Assembly: GCF_036321535.1 (NCBI RefSeq) | Contig: NC_087449.1 | Location: 48,608,001 to 48,672,000 of the forward strand | Reading direction: 5' to 3' | DNA length: 64,000 nt | Source of the DNA: Camelus dromedarius | Taxonomy: Eukaryota | In this document: positions 43,201-64,000 of the stretch, one piece after another | How the letters are laid out: every line of letters begins with the position of its first letter | Numbering within the stretch: the first letter of the stretch is position 1 | Notes under the pieces: generated by a model | The model's database searches: none | Told to the model about the DNA's origin: nothing | What the model saw: only the letters and a program-made list of their open reading frames with translations | Position numbers and translations under genes: made by a program

Positions 43201-46019
43201 GCCCGACTCTGCACTCTGGGATGGAGGTGGCGCTGGAGGCATAAGCATTTAAATTGGCACGAGGCTGGCTGGCAGTGAGGGGGTGTGGTGGAAAGTAGGT
43301 AAGAGCGCTTCAAATCCCTCTCCCAGTAGCAGCTTGGTCCAATTAGGAACTCGATAGAAAAATTGGATCAGGCCAGGAATGGCTGGGGGCGATCTGGGAT
43401 CTGTTTCCCACGATCAGTCTCCAAAGCCAAATAGATAGCTCAGTTCAGGAGCCAGGATCCAAAATGGAACTTCAGACCCTCGTTATTCCGCCCCCCGCCC
43501 CCACTGCCGAAGGGGGAAACTGACCTGGAGGTTTGGGATCAGGAGTGATGCTTCTGTGCAGGTTCCCTTCGCCCTCAGCACTCTCCAACTAGGGAGCCGA
43601 ATGGGTGGAAGCTGAGCTTGCGGAGATAATTTGCATTTAAAGAGAAAGTGACCCTTTTTTTTTTTTTAACAGCGGGATGGAGTAAGATGGGAGGAGTATC
43701 CCCACGTTTATTAAGCTGTCCCTCTCACTCGACTTTACTGCCCCACCTGAAGTAAGGTGACCACGTTGGTTGTGTGATGGCTATCTAAAACTTTTTATTT
43801 TCCTATTAGTTTTGGAGAGAAGCTACCTTACAAAATGGTGGCAGCTTTGTCAGAAGTGGAGGGGAGGAGGAAGAGGGGGAGAGAGAATGAATGAATCCAT
43901 ATATATGTCATATAAGACGCACAAGAAGCAGCAGCAGGAAGAAACTGCAAGAGAAGAAAAACACCTTTCAAGTGAGTCCAGGTCCCCTATTAAGCATTTT
44001 ATGTACATTAACAGAAGGGAGATACCATTTTACTGAAAGGAAACAATAGTCTTTTGAGAGCAATACCACTCTCCCCACAACACCCAGACACTTTTCCTGG
44101 TAGGCAGTAAGGGCTGTATTCAGCCACTCATGAAATGAGGCGATCAAGCCTAACCTCTCCCCACCCCCAGGCCTAGGGACACGTGTGGTGAGCATCAGGT
44201 CAGAGGGAAACCAGTTGGATTGACACCAGCCCCCAGGAGGGAAACCTGAGTGCTCCATGGAGGCTGAGCTAGGGCTGGTGGTGCTGCTGGCAGTGGATGG
44301 GGGGCAGATCAATGGGGCAGCTATTAAGACCTGGCAAAGGCTCCCCGCTCAGGTCCCTAGAGAAGCATCTGATGCAACAGGAGATGGGCTTATCCTTTGG
44401 CCAGGCTGCCCTGCAGTCTCAAGTAACTGCCCCGGGGCCAGTGCAAAGCCACCTCACCTACCTTTCCCCTCCCACTGGGCAGGAGCAGCTTCCTGGGGCC
44501 TCACTGAACTCTGGAGGGATGGACACTATTTCCAAAGGCTCTTGAACAGGGATCTTGCCCAGATGCTTCCAACACCTAGACAGCTCCAGAAGGGGAGACA
44601 TTAATTTAGGACTTCAATAACCAGGGGTTGGAGGGAGGGGTCTGCATAGGTAGGCAAAGGGGACAACTGAATGTCCCTCTCCTCCCCTCCCAGAGCTGCT
44701 AGAGAGTGGCACAAAGGCTCTCCTAGGAAAGTGGCAGAGAGAGGTCATTCTCAGCACTACAGCAGAATTCTCAGAGCTTGTTCTGAAGCTCCAAGAATTA
44801 TGGCTGTCTCCCTAGACCCCCTCCAAAGATCTCTGACTGGAGCCAATCAATGTGGCCAGCACAGAAAAATATCAACCCATTAGGACTCTGATCAAAAGGG
44901 GCAGGGGTTTTGTGGAGATTGTCACAGCTAGTGTGGACACATCTGCCTATGGAGGCCTGGAGGGAAGGGCACTTTAGTTGTCTCTGTCATTTTGGAGGCA
45001 TTCATATATATTCCTTTGCGTCAGACCAGTCCAGTCCCGGGAGAGAGCAGGGTGCTGGGTGAGGCTGCCAGTAGAATGTCTGCCCTAAATTTAGGAGTCT
45101 CAACTTTTACACCTAGGCTTGGGGTGGGTGAACAGGAGTGTGTAAGAAATCAGTCCATTCTTTTTTTTTTTTTAAAACCAGCCCATTCTTAAGAACTGGG
45201 TGCAGGATGTGGTCTTGTCATGGAATGCACAAAATCAAAGGAACCTGGAAGGTCCTGTGTATTCCCTTGGGAGGGCCAGTGCCCAAGGGATGCTATCCAT
45301 AGCAGACAGCCCAAATAGCAGTGGTGCAGTGTCCACTCATCTTGATTTGGGCCCCAACTGGCCTATGTTCAGCTCTCTGGTCTTGCCTTTTGCCTTCCTC
45401 GTGGACTTAACGAATTTCTTATTTTAACAACTTCAGTGGTTCCCCTCTACCCCACTCCCCACCCGTGGATCTAGCCCCAGTTCCTTAACCTGGCACACAG
45501 GCTCCTGGTCATTTGGTCTCTGATATATCTCCTTCCACCACTCTCCTGAGCAGCTGCATTGCTAGGTGAACCACGTCCTTAATGTTGTCAAACTTCTACT
45601 TGCCCTTTGGGTCCTAAGGCTATTCCAGGATCTACCCCTATCACCTTGCTGAAAGGGACAGGACCTCTTCTATGCTCCCATAGCACAAGTAACCTCTCTG
45701 TATCTAAAAGCACCTTTTCCCTCAATAGCCTGTGAGTCCTCAGAAGGCAGGGACAATCTTTGATTGAAAGAAGTCATATATATATGATGAGCATCACGCC
45801 AACTTTGCTGAGGGCTCCACTCAGGCAGCTTGGGTGAGCTGGCTAGCATTCCGTACCTGCGGTTACTGCTGGAAGGCAGACCACTCTGGAAGGTGCAAGA
45901 TACCAGGACAGAGCCAGAGACTCTGGAGCAGATCTGGACATACCAGTGATGGCTGGACGGATCCAGAAGCACCAAATGACCACGAAGGTCAGGAGAGAAA
46001 TAAGTAAGGCAACAGACTC

Positions 46020-48992
46020 TTTATTTAATGTGGATTTAAAATACATCAAAATCAAGTCCCTGGCTGTTGTAAATACCAAAAGGAGACAAAGAAGCTGTCA
46101 GCACAGCTTCAAACAAATCTGGGTGGCCAGGCTGGGCCATAAGGAAAGCAGTTACAGGGACAAAAGGCAGCACCCCTCCCCCAGGCAGGTACCAGGCTGT
46201 CCCTGGGGTGACTGCCTCAGTGCTGTGCTAGGTGGGAGGGCTGGAGCAGCAGCTGGAGAACCAACTCAGCAGGCTTCAGCCCTCCCCCAGAGACGCCAGA
46301 GCAGCTCCGCTGGCCTTTCCGTCAGCCCTCAGCAGGGCCACCAGGATGGGGGTGGTAGAGGGGGAATAACCATCTTTAAAGACGTTAACATTCTATTACA
46401 GAAAGTGCCTGAGCTCAGCCCATGGTCCAAAAACCTCATGGAAAACAAATCTTAAAAAGTGCTGCTGACACCTCTCAGAACCTGGTGTGCATGAAGCTCT
46501 CAGCTGGACAAGACCCTGAACACAAATTACCGTCAGCAGAGCCTCACCTGCCATGGTCCCCTGGAGGAAAAGCTAGCAATCTAAGAATGCAACACAGCTC
46601 TTGGTCCTAAATCTGAGGTCACGTGCATGAGACCCGCCCCAGTGACTTAGGAACCGGCCTTCATTCTTGGAGAGACACCTCCCCTTTATCTGGCCCAGGA
46701 TTCTGGCTGGTGTAGGCAGCACCCCGGCACCTGGGCTGACTTTGGAAAGCAGAGCAAGCAGAGCAGCTGTAGTGACTGGTAAGATTTGGTCAATGGAGAG
46801 GAAGAGGAAGAGGAAGAGGAAGAGGAAGAGGGTCCCCATGTGTTGCCTGGCCTGGAGGCCTAGAGACCACTCACCGCAGCTGAGAGCAAAGGTTCCACCC
46901 CGCACAGCTGGGGCCACCTTGCTCACTGGACTTGGTTCCTGAGAACTGCTATGCTACTCAGCTGTGATTTCCCACACCTCGCTGGGCTCCAACAGCCTCC
47001 CCCTCCCCAACACTATGGGCTTTAAGAGGTAGCTGAACTGAAGCAGGCAATCACGTGGGCCATTGCAGGCCTTCCTGCTCTCTTTGAAGGGGGCAAGCAG
47101 AAACTTCTTAGCACAGCAAACCCTGTATGGGGTTGGCAGCTCTCATGCACCTCAGCAGAGCAGTATCTCAGCCAGGAATGGCAAATTAGGTCTCAACATG
47201 TGTACTGGCTGCTGGGCAAATCTTGAGAAATGAGGATATGCTAGGGACTTAGCAGGAAATCCTCTGAAGCTAAAAGTAGGGGTACCTACCATGGGGGGAG
47301 AGGGGCAATGGCGTGCTATTCATTTGCCATCTCTGATCTAAGTCCTAACATAACTCAGGAGTACCTAATACTGTTCATGAACCTAATTATCTGAGGGATT
47401 TAAGTTAAGGGCTGAAAAAGTGGGCTATTTGTGGAAGATGAAGGGACCTGTAAGATAATGAATTAACCTGAAAGAAATACAACAAAAAGCAAAAAACATA
47501 ACCATCCAATCCATCTTAGTCTGTGGTTCTCTCAGCTACACCAAAGCTGAGGCCCCACTAGAGACGGGCTTACAGTACCCCAAACTCAGCACAGCCCTGC
47601 TTCCTGACCCAACTTATTCTGCTGTTCCAAAAAATTGTTCTGTACAAAGACGAACTAATGTGCCAGCAAGTCTGCAACCAGCAGAACCTTCAGGGTATAG
47701 GGTACCATGTATGAGGGACGGAGATGGGGCTGGGGGGAGAAAAAAAATTACACAAATATCTGCAGCCATTCTGTGGATTTCTGGGGCTCTGTCAGTGGTG
47801 AGTCTCACTCTTATCCATATCAGCTGTCAGACAAGAGCTGGGGGCCCCCACACAGGAAGTGGGATGTCAAGGCAGACAGGGCTCAAAGATGGCACACTGG
47901 AGGTGGGGGTGGAGGAAGCAAAACAGACTCAGAAAGCCAAGGAGGCAGCTGGATCTGGGGCCCAGCAACAGCTGCATGGAGACAGCAGTGATGGCGTCAG
48001 CAGTGGCCTCCCAGGATCGAAACCATAGGTGAGCTTGTGGCAAAAGCCATCAGAAGCCCTTTTCTTCCTCTCACTATAAACCATCTGATTCCTTCAAGCT
48101 GTCAGTACCAGCACGGCAAAGCTGCCAGTTGGGGTGGTGGGGGCACTGGAGGCCAGGAACCCAGGCACCACTGCTATAGCACCCCTTCTTCCTCAGAAGA
48201 TCCTCAATACAAACACTGCCACATGTGCAAAACAAAAACAAAACAAGAACAAAGGAAACAAAACAAAACCCCAAAACCTTCAGAATCCTTTGGGTGATCT
48301 CTTGTCAATCATTTGTGCAGGCTACAGAGGCACCTGTGAATGATAAGGCTACTGCGAAGCATCGTTGGCCTGGTCCTGGCACTACCAGAGGGCAGGGGAA
48401 GCGGTGCCTGAGGGGCTCCCTACCAGCACGTCATCCCACACAGAACATTCTCCAGGTCCCTTGTCCTAGGCAGGGAAGCAGTTCGATCGCCGGTGGCTCT
48501 AAGTTGCCCTGTCAACGCCCTGCCTGGCCACCTCTTTTCCGGGTCAGAAGCCAAGGAGCTTCCAGGAGAGCTGGGAGAGCCAGAGCTGCCCATGTCCCGC
48601 TAACAGGAGAAACACAGTCAAGGCCTGGACGTGTCACCTGTCACAGGAGGCAGGGGCTGAGCCTCAAATAGGGCAGGGAAATGCTCATGCTCAAGTCACT
48701 CGTCCTGCCGGCTCACTGTGACTACAGCTCCGTGTAAAGACTCCTCAGCTCACAGAAGAGCCACTGACTTCATCTGGACACACCCCCACCTCTGATGCAA
48801 GCCCATTTTACACGTTCAGATATAAATGTATGAGGCCTTGAGCATATGCCTTATGTACGTAAAACTGACCCACAAAATCTGAAACCGCAGAGTCAGATGC
48901 CAGCCAGGTCAGAGCACCCTGGGCCTCAGCGGTGGGAGCCTCGCACGGGCTAGGCTGGCCCGGGCTGCTCGCCCCTTCCCAGCACGGGCTCC
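46020..48992 (-). other. TXLNA: TXLNA 3'UTR, about 3 kb, ending at AATAAA (46025-46020)
   Basis: Runs from the stop codon to the first strong minus-strand AATAAA that I found. Length agrees with the long mammalian TXLNA 3'UTR as I recall it. Confidence 0.65.
46801..46830. repeat. (GAAGAG)5 hexamer repeat
   Basis: Read directly. Confidence 0.95.
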
Positions 48993-58818
<9,826 letters not shown>

Positions 58819-58959
58819 TGCGGTTTGCAATGTTAGGTAAGGGGCAGATCCTATAGAAACAAACACACTTGCTATTTTCCAGACTTTAAAATTCTTCGCA
58901 CCCTGGATCAGAAATCCCAATACCAAGGGCGCACAGCTTCACATCGGCCGGCCTTCCCC

Positions 58960-59600
58960 GGAGGGAGCCAGCGGCTCTCCCTATCTCTGGTCGGTCAGGG
59001 GACTCTAGTGTGCCCAGCAGCGGGAGAGGAGAGGCCTCCTTTTTCCCGAAGCCACTTCCCGGAACAACACGGCCCCTTCACCAGAGGCCATGAGCGGGAT
59101 AGGCTCAGGGTCGGGGACTGACGTGGCGGGACACTCAATTCCCGGTACCTCCCCGCCCCCCAGGCCCCACGTGGGCCCTCCCTCCCGCGCGCGCAACCAC
59201 CCACTCCCCGCGCGCCCTCCAGCCGCACCCGCGCGCGCCGCCCGCGCATGCGCACAGATCTCAGCCCTGCCCCCCGGCCCGAGCCCTCGCGCGGATTCCC
59301 CACACCCGCCGAAAGTGTACGGGCCCACAGACCCGCTGCTTGCCTCATGCCTCTAGCCGCCGCAGTACGTACCCGACTGCCGACGTCCCGACGGCTTCTC
59401 CCGCTCTGGCTTCGCACCGGAAGCCCTGGGTAACTGCTGCCGGCAGAGCCGCCTGCTTGCGCCGCGGCCAATCAATAGCCGGCGCTCGCGCGGGGCTTGC
59501 TGGGAAAGATGAAGCAAAGGCGGCCTCCGAGGCGGGGAAGTTGGGAAGGCGGGGGAGGGAAAGGACTACACGTCCCTCCATGCATCCCGGCTGACCCCGA
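58960..59600 (-). promoter_or_regulatory. TXLNA: TXLNA CpG island, promoter and non-coding exon 1 (candidate donor CGG|GTACGT at 59373)
   Basis: CpG-dense. NRF1 GCGCATGCGC 59244-59253, CCAAT 59468-59472, ZNF143/THAP11-type ACTACAnnTCCC 59565-59576, ETS CACTTCCCGGAA near 59053. Confidence 0.75.
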
Positions 59601-61759
59601 CTCCCAAGATGCAACAGGGCTTTGGTCCTCAGAGCCGCAGACCCAGGAGTTCCGAAAGGAGCCAGTCATTCTGCACAGATACGTCAACGTCGTTTCTGTC
59701 ACGCAGAAGCTGTGATTCAGATCCCACAGCCTTGCATGCCTGGCTGCTTTTTAGTGCACGCTGCCACCACCCCTTTCCTCCTGCTGTGAACATATACGAC
59801 TCTAGGAACTCTGAGAACAAGGGACGAAATACTGATACACACATCAGGAGACCTGTATTCCAGTCCTATCTTCGTTACTAATTTGCCGTGTTATCCGGCA
59901 TTCCTTTCTCTCCCAGGTCCTCAATTTCCGTATTCAAAAAGAAACTTTTAATTACAGTAGTTCTTTGAAACCTTGCTTTCCCGGTATCCACTGGTTTAAT
60001 CCTCATAACTAGTCAAGATAAATATTATGCTACTTGTTATTCCCAGTTTACAGCTGAGGACTGTAAGACAAAGGTTAGATAACTTGTCCAAGGCCATACC
60101 TCTATGGACTGATGAGAGCATATTCAAAGCTAGGAAGTCTGGCACCCATCTCTACTCGACTGCCCTTCCTCTCAGAAGAAATAACCACCATGGCACGCTT
60201 GCACTGAGGATGAGTCAAAGTAACTTGTGAAAGGAGTTATTTTTCCATTTCCATTACCAGTTTGAGTCCTTCTTTGGAAGGTGCTGGAGGAAGCCCTGCA
60301 AGGGGAATTCTGGCCTCAGCAGGTTCCTGAGCCTTTTCTCTGGCTGGCCTACCCTCTACAAAGTCCCAGTTGCACTGGGACTAAAGAGGGAAAAAAAAAG
60401 CCAAGCTTTTCTCCAAATGTGAGATCACAGTTCTTTATCCATTTGTCTATAGGTAATGGAATATAAACCAACAATCCATGTGCCTGGAATTTAATGCCTA
60501 AATGGTTTGGCTTCCATTTCCAGCCAGTCCTCCCATCCTCTCTGCCTTTTTTGTTTCAGCTATACTTTTACTATTTCCAGGATTTCCCAGGTTTTTGCAG
60601 GTGCTATTCCACATTCCAAAATGTCTTCCTTGGCAAAACAAAATCTTTTGAGGCCCACCCAGCTCAAAGGTCACTTCAGAGCTTTTTTCAGTGCTCTGCA
60701 GTCTGTCTCTGCTCCCTAGTCTGGATAGAGTTCTATTACAGCATTAGTGATGAGATGTTGAAATTATTTGCTTACAAGTCACTGAACATTGCAAGAACTG
60801 TTGGCTAAATTCTCTAGTCCTAAAGCCTAGCATCTATTTGGGGGAAGATGTTTTAAACTATTGTGCAAATTGGGTGTTGTTTTAGAGTTCGTAAGATGTT
60901 AAACATTTCCCCCAGTTGAGACTTCAGGGCAGTGCTTTTCTCCACTCCTTAGGCAGTGTTTACCAGCTAACGTTGAGAGGCAAAGCTGGTGTAACAGTAT
61001 AACGGTGGAACACAAGCTCAGAAAGTTTTGGAATCCAGGTCTCTCAAAACTAAGGCCCTATTTGCAGAAAAGCTGTTGGAAATCTCTTGAGGAGGTAACA
61101 TATCAATATCAAGCCTTGATGGATTTCCATAGGAAGAGGGTGTTCTCAACAGAAGTAAAGAACATTAATGAGCAAGAACAAGGTATGCATGGGGTATGGA
61201 GTGCAGTGGGAAGGGTCGAGGGTGGCCTACGGGGGCCTGCTGGGTAATGAGTAGAACAGGCAGGCAAGCAGTAAGAAAATCTGATAGAAACATGGGTTAA
61301 AAAGTTACTTTCTCCTTTGCTGTAAGAGAAGATAGCAACAATGTTAGCACCTGTCACAGCCCATCAGGGAGCCCACTGGGAATGGTGGTGACTGGTAATA
61401 GAGTTCTTACAGATTGTTTTCAAGCAGAAACTCAGGCTCAGTGGTGCCTGATATTTTAAAAGATAGATAGGTACATCTTTCTTTGGTGATGAATTAAAAC
61501 TCAAAACATACTATTGGCCAATCAACACCCTCCTTTTGGGTTGTTATCAACTTTTTGGCTGCTAGTCTATAATCCTTGCTTTAGGAATTGATCTAAACCA
61601 AAGAGAGTAGTTTGTGAACTAAATGACCTTGATGGGCTCAAAGGGCTGTGGAGTGATGAAATGATGCAAAAATCCTTTAGAGAAACTCTAGAAAATGCAA
61701 ACAAAACCATAGTGACAGAACTCTGACCAGTGGTTGCTTGGGGGTTAGGCAAGCAGGAA

Positions 61760-61925
61760 GGATTCCAAAGGGGCACGTGGAAACTTCTACTAGAGGTGAT
61801 GGATGTTCACCTATCTTGATTGTGGTGATGGTTTCATGGGTGCATATTGTCAACACTTAACAAATTGTTTAAGTATGTACCATTTACTGTATGTCCATTA
61901 TATTTCAATACAGCTGATTTAAAAA
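61760..61925 (+). mobile_element. Old L1M 3' end
   Basis: GAGGTGATGGATGTTCACCTATCTTGATTGTGGTGATGGTTTCATGGGTGCATA...TATTTCAATACAGCTGATTTAAAAAA resembles an L1 3' terminus. Confidence 0.7.
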
Positions 61926-62193
61926 ATTCCTTATGGCAGAAGCAGGCTGTTGCAATTCTTAATTCCACTGGTAGGCAGCAAATTTAAACATCTTCTCTCC
62001 ACTGACTTCCAAAAAATCCAGTCTAGGATCATTCCAANNNNNNNNNNNNNNNNNNNNNNNNNNNNNNNNNNNNNNNNNNNNNNNNNNNNNNNNNNNNNNN
62101 NNNNNNNNNNNNNNNNNNNNNNNNNNNNNNNNNNNNNNNNNNNNNNNNNNNNNNNNNNNNNNNNNNNNNNNNNNNNNNNNNNNNNNNNNNNNN

Positions 62194-64000
62194 CCTATAT
62201 CTGCTCTGAAATCATCAAACTTTGTCTGTCTACCCAGGGGCCCTGAGAACATGGAAAACAATAGCCAGAGTTTATAGTTCTTAAAAGCAAATAAATTTGG
62301 AAAGAAAAACCAGTGAGGAAAAAGGTTTGTTTCACCTTCCTAGGGTCTGTAGCTGGGAACCCAAGCTGTTTTTGAGGGACATCTCTTCTGTCTTGGGTGG
62401 CTCTGCTTTGCTTCTTTAGAGGCTCAAAGGCAATTCCCACAAAAGCTAGCTAGAAGAGCCAATACCCAGCTCCAAGGCCTGAGGGTTCTCGTCATGGCAG
62501 AGTTGTCTCTTCCCAAACCCAGGGGCTGGACATATGACCTACGTAGGGGAGCAGGACTAGGTTTAGCAGAGGGGTTCAGGTATGTGCTGATGTGGACATC
62601 AGCAGTCAGGCTGGCCCAGAAGCAGTGAGGTGGGCCCAGACCCATTGAAGACCTTCATGACGCACTACTCAAACCTTTCTCCTGGAGTGTTCTGGGCCCC
62701 AAATTTAATGGTTCTTCTTCTCATTCACACCCAGTTTTGATTCTGCACATAGCCCAGGCCTGATGGAGAATGCCCTCTCAGAGGAAAACTAACAGCTTTA
62801 ATTCACAGACTGAGTTGGTACTGACCTCAGATTCTTCCCTTACCATGGTCCTAATCTGGGCATGGGGCTAGGGAACAGACAATAGGATGACTGCATCATT
62901 TATGAAGGCCTTGGCCAGAGAGCAGCTATTGCCTACCATATGGATCCCCACAGGGCCAAATTCTCAGCTTATTGGCTTAACAAAAAATACAAAAGACAGA
63001 AAAAAAATATTGGACAAGACTGGTCTAGAATATACAATCCTGAAACGGCTGTGGAAGAAACCTACTCTGAGCTATTTCTCAGTCTCACATGCACTTATTT
63101 CCAGGCTAGTCTTACCTAGATGTTGCTCCTGGTTGTGAGCATTGCCTATGGTTCACTGCACTGAGCCTGGTACCCTTCCCTGGCCTGCCAGGGAGGCAGA
63201 CAGGCGCACATTCCTGAGGACCCCAGCCAGCCTGTTCTCCCAATGGGTCGCTGTAGTGCCTGCAAGTACCTGGTGAATCTGGCTCCTCGCCTTCAACTAA
63301 GAATTCAGAACCCGAGCCCACAAGATAAATCTACTGAGGAGTATCACAGATGTTGGATACCAGGCTGAATAAGTCTTGGGGAGAAGAGATGTGGAAAGAG
63401 GAGGGAAGTATTGCTAGGTATTCATCTTCTTCCCCTCTAGTTTGCTAGAAACAGGAGTAACTCTATAGAGTGTAGTGGGAAGGTAGGTAGACAGTGAGAA
63501 AATGGAAATCCAGTCCATTCTGCTAGTTTTCAATTTAAACTGGTTTGGCTTGAGGGAAACTGAAAGTTTGCCTGGAAGCCTTCTTTCACTCTTCCTTGAC
63601 TAAGTATGGTAGCAGCTATAATCTGTGCAATTTAGCTCCAAAAAATAGGGCTCCTGGAAAAGGCTTCCAAGGAAAAGAGAACAGAAGTAGATCTAAGGGT
63701 TCTAGGTAAGTGGGAACACAAAGGATCCCTGAAAGCTGAAGCCATCAACACCTGTTTCTTCGAAGGGTCATTTGTACCCACTGTCCCAAGTAACCTGGCC
63801 GGCCAGCTGAGAGTGGAACCCATTTGATTCTCTACCAGAAGGTTGCAGCCAACACCAAGGCCAGTCAGTCACTGGCAATAGCTCAGAACTGAAGGCAGGC
63901 TCCTAAGATCAGAGATACAGTTAGTACTAGAGAAGATGGTTTAGGGTGGGATGCCCTGAGGGACTGGCAATAAAGAGTAGCTGGCACTGTTCAAAACACT
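62194..64000 (-). other. KPNA6: Probable distal 3'UTR of KPNA6 (importin alpha-7)
   Basis: Inference from synteny: KPNA6, with a long 3'UTR, lies just upstream of TXLNA in mammals. Repeat-poor, UTR-like sequence with no reconstructable exon. The poly(A) site may lie in the adjacent N gap. Confidence 0.45.

Noticed and set aside
43709-44328. Three TATTAAG copies upstream of CCDC28B
   Set aside because: A 7-mer at irregular spacing; not distinguishable from chance without conservation data.
46667-46942. ORF with a KRKRKRKRKR basic run
   Set aside because: Translation of the (GAAGAG)5 repeat in the TXLNA 3'UTR.
62038-62193. 156-N run as a hidden gene or RNA
   Set aside because: Unknown sequence; the flanks show no exon or RNA-gene boundaries.

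Overview
Mammalian genomic DNA, most likely a camelid: it carries several tRNA-derived SINEs of the Vic-1 type with the AAATAAACCTAATTACCTCCCC tail. The window is the reverse-oriented counterpart of human 1p35 (LCK-KPNA6 interval). Left to right: LCK intron 1 and distal non-coding exon/promoter (-), FAM167B (-), an apparently intact 10-exon MTMR9-like gene (+; the human orthologue is the pseudogene MTMR9LP), EIF3I (-), TMEM234 (+), DCDC2B (-), IQCC (-; 1-bp frameshift in the last exon), CCDC28B (-), TXLNA (-) and probably the KPNA6 3'UTR (-). I reconstructed the exons by hand from GT/AG boundaries and reading-frame continuity. Comparisons to human proteins are from memory and need alignment to confirm. 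Most ORFs in the six-frame track are spurious or exon fragments. Best leads: the intact MTMR9L pseudophosphatase with a shortened C-terminal coiled coil; the IQCC frameshift; a perfect RFX X-box at DCDC2B within a tight run of cilia/centriole-linked genes; a retroposed mRNA 3' end nested in a SINE; a candidate extra LCK 5'UTR exon and uORFs; and a solo ERV LTR upstream of FAM167B. Three N runs are present (20658-20789, 53348-53479, 62038-62193); two of them hide coding exons.
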